From assembly GCF_009914755.1 (NCBI RefSeq), contig NC_060929.1: 64,000 bases of DNA, one strand, 5' to 3'. Shown here in pieces: positions 31,993 to 43,233 of the stretch. The DNA comes from the human T2T-CHM13v2.0 reference genome, Homo sapiens. A program made the translations under genes and the position numbers. Every line of letters begins with the position of its first letter. Position 1 is the stretch's first letter. The notes under the pieces were generated by a model. It saw nothing but the letters and a program-made list of their open reading frames with translations. It searched no databases and was not told the origin of the DNA.

Positions 31993-33881
31993 ATATTTTT
32001 GAAATTAGTTCATTTTCTAGAATCAAATGAAGGGGAAAAATTATTGTTTACCATCCAGTTGTGTGTGTGTATATATATATACAAACATAAACCTACCATA
32101 TTTAAAAATTTAAATGGGCACATTATAAATTTTACATTTTTATGTAATTGTGCATAATATGCATTACATATAACACTGTTTTTTGAGAATATATACTAAT
32201 GTCATACACTATGCTAATTTATATACAGAAATATGAAATGTCTAGCTAATATATTGAATAACTCGATTCAAATTTGGATCTTTTAAATTTGAGTCCATTT
32301 TTTTGTATTGTTTAGTTTTTAATAAGCACACCATTCTTTCTTTCAATAATGAATTGAATAAAGATGTTAAAGTCCTAAAATGTTATTTTCCCAATGTACT
32401 AATAATCTAACTTCTAAAAGAGGGATTACATGACACAATTCTAAAATTTTGTGTCCTAAATTTAGCTGAGACTCCTTTGCAATATTTTTGTTATATTATC
32501 AAGATTCTGGCTATTAGCTGTTAGAGTATTGCTTGTTTTCAAGCCCTGACTTCCTTCCCTAAACATTTTGTTTTGATTTCTCAGGTATGTAGAAAATGTA
32601 TACAAATATTCCCTATATTGGATATTATTCAATCTTTGATATAATCTAAGTGTGTATCCTCTTTATGTGCAAAGGAAAAATCCTGTCTATGATGGATTTC
32701 ACCAACCCAAAGAGCATTCTCAACATTTTCTTTTGTAATGAGAGAGCATCAGATGTATATATCTTCAAATAACATGATTCTTTGCATTGAAGAAAGCAAC
32801 AGTAATAATGTGGATAATTTTCCTAACAGGCTTGCCTTATTTGGTTTGAGGTAGCATTGCAATTATAATGTTACTGAGGTGAATTCTCAGTGGCTCAGCA
32901 CTAGACACTTCTTACACACTCGAGTGGGTACAGGTGTAGCCATGTGCAGCCACGTGTGGTAAATCTGTCAGAACTAACAGCAGGGGCTCTGATAAGAGTT
33001 CTCCATCAATAAACCTGCTTGATAGCTCAAGGTCTTTGAATTGTTATCATAAGTGGCACCCTTATGATAACAATTAGTGAGGCCCCTATTAAGGGTCTGA
33101 TCATATTTTCTCAGTGCCTGTTTTCTCAACTTGCCATAGGTTTATTACATCTTGATCATTTGAGATCATGTTAGAGTTTAAACCTATCCCTAGCCAATGT
33201 CAGGATTTAAGTGTTTTCTTCCCCGTTGATGAAAGACCGCAGGAAATGTCACATGTGAAGATGGTATTGGTAACCATTTTCCAAACAGAATACTATGTTT
33301 TGTGAGAATAAGATACAATTTGAAGATATACTGTAATCTCATTTATTTTGTGTAACCATAATACAAAAGCTTATGTTTCAGAAAAGTAAGCAATTTAGTT
33401 AAAATTCTGGATGCTAGGCTTCTCCAGTATCTACTTGAATGGCTTTTCTAACCTCAACATAACCAGGTCTCTACTCCAGCCAGACTGACTTACACCTGAC
33501 CTGCATCTTTCTCTGAAAATGCATCTGGTTTCTTCAGATAACTCCACTCACTCTCCATACCATACCCCTACCACTGATATTTCCTAGCCCATGACCTTAA
33601 TGTAACCCATGCAAATATACCTTTGAGAACTAATGACTGAAAGTTATTAATTTATAACCTTTCCAGTTTAAGATCCTAGACTTTTCCTGCAATTTTGAGC
33701 AAAGGCAATGCATGCTCACCCACTAGTTTCATGATTTTAAAGAACAAATATTATATTTAAATTCAGCTTACATATTGTAGAGATTATTTTAATGGCCATT
33801 CAATATGTAAACAATTTATAAACAAAAGAATTCTTTAATCCAGTTGTAAATAAGCTCATGCTATATAATTTCAAAATCTTG

Positions 33882-33931
<50 letters not shown>
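33882..33931 (+). repeat. Compound (CT)n(GT)n microsatellite
   Basis: Visible array. Confidence 0.95.
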
Positions 33932-33936
<5 letters not shown>

Positions 33937-33982
33937 TATTGACTTGTTTCATTTAGTGGTTTTGCCCCTACAGCCATTATGT

Positions 33983-34382
33983 CAGGAGTTGAAAATGCAT
34001 AAGCTTCCAGGGACTAGGCAGGTAGATAAATTGGTGAGGGAAACAAGTATTTAAAAAGCAATAGTACAAACATGAACTTAAATGGTCACAGACATAAAGC
34101 CCAGATGTTGGGAAGTAATAAGGAGTGGTGAGGATTGTGGAGAACCAAAGAGTACATGCACTATTCAAAGTGACCCAGTGCTACTCAGCTCTGAGAGATT
34201 GTATTCATGTGATCATGCAAGCACATGTTGGCCAGATCTTCCAATGTAAATTATAAGGAATTTAGATAGGGAATTATATGTGATATTTCAGAATTCTTTT
34301 ATGTTGACAAATAATTCACTGTATCATACAAGCATAACCCACCTGTTGGTGAATCTAGTTGTCAGGCTACTAGTTATATCTG
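33983..34382 (+). mobile_element. MER102-type hAT-Charlie element
   Basis: caggagttgaaaatgc...ggagtggtgaggattgtgg...gctactcagctc...gttggccagatctt follow the MER102 consensus. Confidence 0.75.
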
Positions 34383-34649
34383 AGGAGAAATTCTAGAATT
34401 GGGAAAATAATTAAAAACAAGTATATTAAAATAAACAAAATAGTTATCTGCTATTACTAATAACAACTTAATTGATTTGTTAGTATGAAATATCACAGAA
34501 AACATATGGGTAACAAAATGCTATTTCAAGAATGTTCCAACCTGGATCATATCTGAGTAATATGATCAGAGAGTTCATAGATATTTCCCATACTATGTTT
34601 GCTCTTCCAGACTAAGATGAAGACAAACTTGGGCAGAGAGTAGGAGGAA

Positions 34650-34830
34650 GGATATGGGCATAGGAACAACTACATTTTATTTTCAGATCTATCACTTGTT
34701 TCTTGTGTAACATTGCATAAGTCAACTGATCTCTCAGATTTCAGGTTTTTGTTGTTGTTATGCAGTGTTTTTTTTTTTTGGCTGTTTGGCAAAATGAAGA
34801 CATTGGGTAAAATGGATTATGAAGTTCTTT
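34650..34830 (+). mobile_element. MIR/MIR3 fragment
   Basis: tgtgtaacattgcataagtcaactgatctctcagatttcagg...aaaatgaag core. Confidence 0.5.
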
Positions 34831-36705
34831 AAAACAGTAAAATATTAAAACAAAAGTGAAATTATTAGAATACAATGCAGAAAATTATGTGACCTTCATA
34901 ATTCACTTAGTGTTTGTGGAGTGTCTTAAATTGAGGTTAAATCCCCTAAAGCTCTGGTGTTTTGTGACTTTATGATTTAATAGTAATATTTTGGGATTTA
35001 CATGTTATATCACTTCATAGTCATGACCAGAAAGTAGCTTCACAGTTGACATCGAAAATAGCAAATAATTTCACTTGCCTTTTCACTGTGTGTGGCTCTA
35101 TTTGGTTTTCTCTTTAAAATGAGGTATGGGCGATGCATACTAGATGGAGTGACTCCAGTTTTAATCACTTCACTTTTCATTTGAAAAGTAATTCATCATG
35201 AGAAGTCAGTGGGGTATAGAGAGCACTAATTGCAGCAAAATATCAAGGACAGTTTTCCTCTGTCTTAATTAAACATTAATGAGTAAAGTTATTTGCAAAT
35301 GCATGCTGCAGGGATGGACTTGTCTATCTACGTTTGGTAAATACTGACACTAGATGTCAAAATAAAGCACCTTAATTGATTTATACTGGGATAGTTTAAA
35401 AAGATTGCACCTGGCTTGACATTTTCCTAGGTTTTTATAGAGTAGTTTCTGATAAATTATTTATAAAGAAACTTTTCCTGACCTATCCTAATTACAGGAG
35501 TGATTGTTTCCAAACCAATCAATTTGGTGTAAATTTGACTTTTCTCCTGCTGTTTCACTGTCAGCTTAAGGAATTCTACAGTAGATATGAGGAATAAAGT
35601 TTTATATTTCCAGAAGGAATTTGCAGGCAAGTCACATTTCCCTTTATTATTTGGGATATTTTGCAATATTTTAAAAGATTTTTGAATTAATAATTTTGTA
35701 TGAGTGTATTCGTTTTATTTCAATATATTTGTTAATCTAATTGCTTTACTTGAGCTAATACAAAACCTTAAATAAAACGGAAAGCCTAAGGAGTACATTA
35801 AAGTCAAACTTGAAATCTTAAAATAATGTTCTAAGTAACATTGCCTTTGATATTTTATAGTGCATGTGATATAGTTAATACTCTAAGAAAAGTCATAAAA
35901 CAAAACTTTCTGGCTCTCATATCAAGTTGTTCTGTAGATATAACAAAAACAGAATTGCCCAATATAATCTGTAAATTAGTTGAAATGTAATTTTATCAGA
36001 TTTCTTTATAAATTTCTCTGAATGATTTGACAACAATATTTATTTTGATAGGTATAATTAAGCAATACTTTAGAAACTGTAAAATTACAATTAATATTTT
36101 GAAATAATTAAGTATATATTACATTAAGTGCTTCTAATTTTATACATAAGAAGAGAAATTACCAATCATGCAGTCTATGCCTTACAAGATTTTACGTAGA
36201 TCAGTGTAGCAACATAGCAATTTTCAGAAAATTACAAAAACACAGTGCATAGAGTTTTAAAATATCAGTATGGTAGTGTATATTATTTTTTAAAAAAGGG
36301 AGAGAAAAGAAAAACATCCCTGATGTGTTTTAGAATGGCTTATAAACTCTGTATAAACTGTTTTCAGACAGCACTGTTAAATTGCACTCTGAATTCTACT
36401 GAAAACTCCCAGTTTCCCAAACCATATGGCTTGATGTAGATAAAATTGGCTTATGGCAAATAGTATAAACACACTTCACATTTTTCCACCTGTGAAATTC
36501 TAAAGTATTATAGTGTACATTTTTAAGGTGATTAGTACCAAGTTTTCAGTGGATCTTGATTTCCAGAATCTTTTTGTCTGTCTAGACAACTTAATTGCTA
36601 TATTTGAAAATAACAAAGTGGCCCTTACCTTCATCTTATGAAGCTCAGACTTAAGAAGAATTTCATTTTCCATTTGAGATTCAAATCAATGTAAGGGATA
36701 TTTAC

Positions 36706-37115
36706 CGTGTTGAATAGAAGTGGTAAGAGTGGGCATTCTTATCTTGCTCCTGATCTTAGAGGAAAAGTTTCAACTCTTCATCTTTGAGTATGATGTTAAC
36801 TGTGGGTTTGTCATGCATAACCTTTATTATGTTGAGGTGCTTCCTTCTACACCTAATTTGTTGAGAGTTTTATTCATGAAATAGTGTTACATTTTGTCAC
36901 TTGCTTTTTCAGTACATATTGAAGTGCCTATATGATTATTATCCTTCTTTTTTTAGCATGGTGTGTAATGCTTATTTTTTGCAAATGTTTAAGCATCTTT
37001 GCATCTCAGAGATAAATATCACTTGATCACGTTGTATGATCTTTTTCATGTGCTATTGATCTTGATTTACTAATATTTTGTTGAGGAATGTTGCATCCGT
37101 GTTCATGAGGGATAC
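36706..37115 (-). mobile_element. L1M ORF2 (RT region) fragment
   Basis: tgttgaatagaagtggtaagagtgggcattcttatcttgctcctgatcttagaggaaaag is typical antisense L1 ORF2. Confidence 0.85.
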
Positions 37116-37427
37116 TCATTCATTAATTTTTAATTTATTCATTTTAGTTTTAGAAAAATATTGTATATGCATAGTTTGCTTTTATGTTTAGCTTAAATTT
37201 TTTTCCATTGCTGCTTTGAGTTAATTTGTATTGATACAACAAATACATTTGCTCTTACTTCTGTCATGTTATTTTATGTTATGAAATCTTTTATGTATAA
37301 TCTTTTTTTATATCTTTTGGTATTCAGAAATTTTTGTATTTTTATTCTAGTAGTTATCATCATAATGATGCGATTAGCTTCCTGGGTTTAAGATACTATT
37401 AATTTGTTTCCTACTGTGGGCAATTGA

Positions 37428-37799
<372 letters not shown>

Positions 37800-38222
37800 T
37801 AATTTTAAATGACATTATCTATTTACAATTAACAATAGAAGCCAATCAATAAACTTATTTTGAATTAGACATTCTCTTTGCATTCTTTGCTTGTATTGCA
37901 GTTGTTTTTTTTTTAAATATGTACTTTGTCAAGACATATATAATTTCCCTAAAATTCTGTGACCTTTACCCCTTTTATGTAGTTTTGGTAGTATAGTTGA
38001 GTAGGAAAATGCTCAACAGTAGACCTTAGTGTGAAGTTTTCCTAAAAAATTCTTGATTGTATGAAACTTTCTCTTGAATGATTTCTTCAGGAAAGCTTTA
38101 TGAGTACAAAATTTCCTGATACTTTGAAGGCTTATATTTTTCTATAACTATTACAGAAGAAAAGTAATTCTGCCTGGATATGGAACCCTTGTCTTATTTT
38201 TTTCATTAAGAAACTTAAACAT

Positions 38223-38514
38223 GGCTGGGCACAGTGGCTCATTCCTGTAATCCCAGCACTTTGGGAGGCCAAGGCAGGCAGATCACAAGGTCAGGAGATC
38301 GAGACCATCCTGGCCAACATGGTGAAACCCCATCTCTACTAAAAATACAAAAATTAGCTGGGCATGGTGGTGCGTGCCTGTAACCCCAGCTACTCAGGAG
38401 GCTGGGACAGGAGAATCGCTTGACCCAGGGAGTCAGAAGTTACAGTGAACTGAGACTGCGCCACAGCACTCCAGCCTGGCGACAGAGTGAAACTCCCTTT
38501 CAAAAAAAAAAAAA
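38223..38514 (+). mobile_element. AluSc-type
   Basis: gatcacaaggtcaggagatcgagaccatcctggccaac and cctggcgacag diagnostics; TSD aagaaactt. Confidence 0.95.
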
Positions 38515-38907
38515 GAAACTTTAATATATGGTTCAATTGTGTTTTGTTAAGAACTGCTGGGATAGATGAATTTCTTTACCTTTTTTGGAACTATATGATT
38601 TTTGTATAATGTCCACAGATATTAATTTTTTTATATTTACAATGCAATAGTTTTTAATAGTTTTTTTATATTTAAAATGCAGTCATTTTCCCCAGAATAT
38701 GTTTTGGTTTTGACAATTCTAGACTGATTTTTCCAGGTACACAATGGTCATATTCTACATATATATTCAAATGCTTCTTAATTTGGGGAATATTTTGTGT
38801 AATTGTATATCTTACTATTTGTTCTATTCCATTATTTTGGGTTTCTTGACTGTGACCTCCAATTATGTATTCATTGGACCTTCTTTGTTTTCTTAATTGA
38901 TCATATC

Positions 38908-39207
38908 TTTTTTTTTTTTTTTTTTGAGACGGAGTCTCGCTCTTTCACCCAGGCTGGAGTGCAGTGGCGCGATCTCTGCTCACTGCAGGCTCCGCCCCCT
39001 GGGGTTCACGCCATTCTCCTGCCTCAGCCTCCCGCGTAGCTGAGACTACAGGCACCTGCCACCTCGCCCGGCTAATTTTTTGTATTTTTAGTAGAGACGG
39101 GGTTTCAGCGTGTTAGCCAGGATGGTCTCGATCTCCTGACCTCGTGATCCGCCCACCTCGGCCTCCCAAAGTGCTGGGATTACAGGCTTGAGCCACCGCG
39201 CCTGGCC
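38908..39207 (-). mobile_element. AluY (CpG-rich, young)
   Basis: gttcacgccattctcc and gttagccaggatggtctcgatctcc; perfect TSD tgatcatatc. Confidence 0.97.
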
Positions 39208-39332
39208 TGATCATATCTTTTTTTTTATTTTACTCTCCATTTCTATTTGATTATTTTCATATTTCTCCCTTTCCTTTCATTATTGTTACTTAAAATATTT
39301 CTATTCTTATTTATATTGTTTCTTATTATGTG

Positions 39333-39432
39333 TTTTTTTTTTTTTTTTCAGTGAACTCCTGTGCTTAAGCAATCTTCCTGCCTTGGCCTCCCAAAGTTCT
39401 GAGATTATATGGGTGAGCCACCATACTCAGCC
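39333..39432 (-). mobile_element. Truncated FLAM/AluJ left monomer with A-tail
   Basis: gaactcctgtgcttaagcaatcttcctgccttggcctcccaaag...ctcagcc next to a T-run. Confidence 0.85.
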
Positions 39433-40399
39433 ATGTCTTCTCTTCATTTCTAAAATTCTCTCTCTATGAATCTATCTATATTTATGTTTTTTTTTTGAGC
39501 TTCATCAGTTCCCTTACTATTATTTACCCTCACTATTATTCAAAAATATTATTATTTTGACATTTTTTATTTCTAATTTAAATTTTTCACTTCATTTTTA
39601 ATATTTTTTTCAAAGCTTGTTTAGCCAATTTTTTAATGTTAGCATTTCCATATACTCAATGGCTCTATTTTTCTATTATGCCTTAATTAACTGTTATTGG
39701 TTTAGTCAAATTATTTTTCTTTTCTCTTACAATATATTCATATATGGTGCAATTGCAACCTTTTTCCTTTCCTCATGTTTAAATTAAATGTTATTTTCTA
39801 TACTTTAAGAGGTGTTCTTATAAAGGTAGTAGTAGAAATATCACTAGCGGTCCCCCTTTGCTGTTGCCATGACACTTAATAAAAAATGGCCTCTCTGTGG
39901 CCATGCCCATATTCTGATGTTCACATTCTGTGAATCTTTCTCTACGTTCATTTATCTGAATATTGAGTCTTTCTTATTCCTGCATTCTAATTACTATCTT
40001 GTTCAATTTGGATTCTCCTACCAATAGTCTTCCTAAGAGCGAGTTTCTTTTTATCTGGAAGTAATTTTTATTTAAATTGCATCATTCTTTGTCCATAAAG
40101 GGTACAGGCTTTTCAGGAATCTTCTGATATCCTGCACCTTTGTAGGGGCGGGGCATGTAATCTTTATATCTGTTTTGTCAAGACATATATCATTTCCCTA
40201 AAATTCTGTGCACATATATGCCACCAAATGAAATCTGTGGAAATTTCACCAGTCTACTTAGACTTTCTTGCCAAGAAATCCACTCAGAGAATTGGTTTCA
40301 GCTTTAGAAAATTAGTATATAATAGTAATTTTGCGTTTTATACCAGGGCTCCTTTTCCCTGCCAGCTATTAGCTCTCTGCATGCATTTACTTTCATAAG

Positions 40400-40900
40400 T
40401 TCATTTGGTTTGTGATTTTTCTTTCTTCTAATACCCTTGTTAAGTTGTGGTATCAAGGTTATATCATCCTCAAAAATTTTGAGAGTATTCACTCATTTTC
40501 TTTTGTCTTAAAAATACATGTAATGATCAAATTATATTAGAGTTATTTTTAAAAACTATCTGGGTCAGGTATTTACTTGTGTAAAGATGTTTAATGATTG
40601 ATTCAATTGACTTAATATTTATAATATGCTCTAGGTTATCTCTTTTTTAGCTGCTTTTTAAGGTAAATTTTTCTAGAAGTCTTCTACTTACATATTTTAT
40701 TCTATGTTTTGAAATTTATTTGCAAAAAAGTTATTTATAGTAAAATATTTTATATGTTTATTCTCTGTAGTCTTATATATTCTAATAGTTTATTAATGTT
40801 CTTCTTTGGTTTCCTTCTTTCTCTTCTCCCTTTTTCTTAAAAATAAATCTTGCCAGAATTTTGTTAATCTTTTCTCAATGAACTAGTTTTTGACTCTGCC
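40400..40900 (-). mobile_element. Ancient L1 ORF2 fragment
   Basis: gttgtggtatcaaggttata...; ORF 40304..40492 carries an L1-like ITLIPQ. Confidence 0.55.
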
Positions 40901-41559
40901 AAAAAAAAAAAAAAAAAGCCAAATGAGTAAAAACTGAGGGATAATTGAAAATAATAACTACTAAATAATGAATGAAAAAACTTATTACAAGAGATTTTAT
41001 AGTGAGCACCTGAGATGATATTTACAGTTCAATCAGTAAAGGTAAAGACTAGGTGTTAAATGGAATTTGGCCCAAGGCATCTTTAAGCTGAATTCCATTT
41101 AACACTTGATGCCTGGTGAGAGTATGCCTTTCTCTCACTGGGGCATACTCTGAATCAGTGAGCTCAGCAGTCAGGATGGATTGAGGTTTTACCCTGTCAG
41201 AGAGGCACTGCCTTACTTGGTTTGAAACATCTCTACATTTTTTAACCATGGTGACCATATTATGATCATCTCAAATAATACAATTTCACCAAGTGCCATG
41301 CTTCCTGGATTCTGTGTCTAAAATTTCTAGTAATCCCACAAAGTCTAGGACTCTTCCAATGTAGAGATTAAACATAGTATAGGAGCTTTCACAAAGAATA
41401 GGAGCTATCCATCCTAACAACTTTTCAAGTGGTAGATCTGTGCCTGGTTTTTACACAAACTAAATGACTTAAGGGTCAAATTGAAATAGTAAAGAAAAGA
41501 ATAAGTTAGAATTAGTAAAGATAAAGGGAGATTAATGAATTAGCAAAAAGGCAGAATTA

Positions 41560-41880
41560 ATGAATTTGCTGGTTTTTTAAAAATAATAAAATAAAAAATT
41601 GTAAGAATAAAAGGAGAAAGCAGAACTATGAAAACACTGATATTTGGAGATAGTCATTTAGAGGAAGATAGTTTACAATTATAGGTGAATATATAAATTA
41701 ATCTCAAAAATTGGATTTTTTTAATTTGTAGAAAAAGAATAAACTACAAAAATTTATACCAGAAGAAAATCTAAATAGACCAATTAGCATAAGAAAGGAG
41801 TAAAGTTATCAAATAAACAAAATCCTCAACAACTATCTTCAGTAAATGTTTCTGAAGCTTAGTTGATTTCAAAGTTAATT
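41560..41880 (+). mobile_element. Ancient L1M ORF2 fragment (left part; target of the U6/L1 chimera)
   Basis: agaagaaaatctaaatagaccaatt resembles sense L1 ORF2 and continues at 54486. Confidence 0.55.
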
Positions 41881-42530
41881 ATTTTTAACTTTTATTTTAA
41901 GTTTGGGGTAAATGTGCAGGTATGTTATACAGGTAAACTTGTGTCATAAGGATTTGTGGTGCAGATTATTTCATCACCACTATTTTCCCTGTTCCTCTCT
42001 CTCATCCCACCTTCCAACCTCCAGTAGGCCCCAGTATGTGTTGGTCCCCTCTATGTGTCCATGTGTTCTCATCATTTAGCTCCCCTTTATAAGTAAGAAC
42101 ATGCAGTATCTGGTTTTCTGTTCCTGCCTTAGTTTGCTAAGGATAATGGCCTACATCTCCATCTGTCTTCCTGTAAAGGATGTGATGGTGTTCTTTTGTA
42201 TGGCAGCATACTATTTCATGGTGTATATGTACCACATTTTTAAAATCCAGTCTAACATTGATGGACATTTAGGTTGATTGCATGTCTTTGCTACTATAAA
42301 TAGTGCTGCAATGAACACATGTATTTATGTGTCTTTATGATATAATGCTTTATATTCCACTGGACATATGCCCAGTAATGGGATTGCTGTATTGAATGAT
42401 ATTTCTGTTTTTAGATATTTGAGGAATCACCATACTGTTTTCTATATAGTTGAACTAATTTACACGCCCACCAACAGTGTATAAGTGTTCCTTTTTCTCC
42501 ATAACCTAGCCAACATCTGTTATTTTTGAC
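41881..42530 (-). mobile_element. L1PA13-15-type 3' UTR and ORF2 end (host L1, segment 1)
   Basis: aggtaaacttgtgtcat...gattatttcatcacc...catcatttagctccc diagnostics. Confidence 0.9.
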
Positions 42531-43233
42531 TTTTTTTTTAAGGTTATTTTGAGTTTTCCTTTATTATTATTATTATTATTATTATACTTTAAGTTTTAGG
42601 GTACATGTGCACAATGTGCAGGTTAGTTACATATGTATCCATGTGCCATGCTGGTGTGCTGCACCCTTTAACTCGTCATTTAGCATTAGGTATATCTCCT
42701 AATGCTATCTCTCCCCCCTCCCCCGACCCCACAACAGTCCCCAGAGTGTGATGTTCCCCTTCCTGTGTCCATGTGTTCTCATTGTTCAATTCCCACTTGT
42801 GAGTGAGAACATGCGGTGTTTGGTTTTTTGTCCTTGCGATAGTTTACTGAGAATGATGATTTCCAATTTCATCCATGTCCCTACAAAGGACATGAACTCA
42901 TCATTTTTTATGGCTGCATAGTATTCCATGGTGTATATGTGCCACATTTTCTTCATCCAGTCTATCATTGTTGGACATTTGGGTTGGTTCCAAGTCTTTG
43001 TTATTGTGAGTAGTGCCGCAATAAACATACGTGTGCATGTGTCTTTATAGCAGCATGATTTATAGTCCTTTGGGTATATACCCAGTAATGGGATGGCTGG
43101 GTCAAATGGTATTTCTAGTTCTAGATCCCTGAGGAATCGCCACACTGATTTCCACAATGGTTGAACTAGTTTACAGTCCCACCAGCAGTGTAAAAGTGTT
43201 CCTATTTCTCCACATCCTCTCCAGCACCTGTCG
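42531..43233 (-). mobile_element. 5'-truncated L1PA3/4 inserted in the host L1
   Basis: (TAA)n tail; gtgcacaatgtgcagg, aactcgtcatttagc; ORF2 C-terminus in ORF 42786..43295. Confidence 0.92.
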
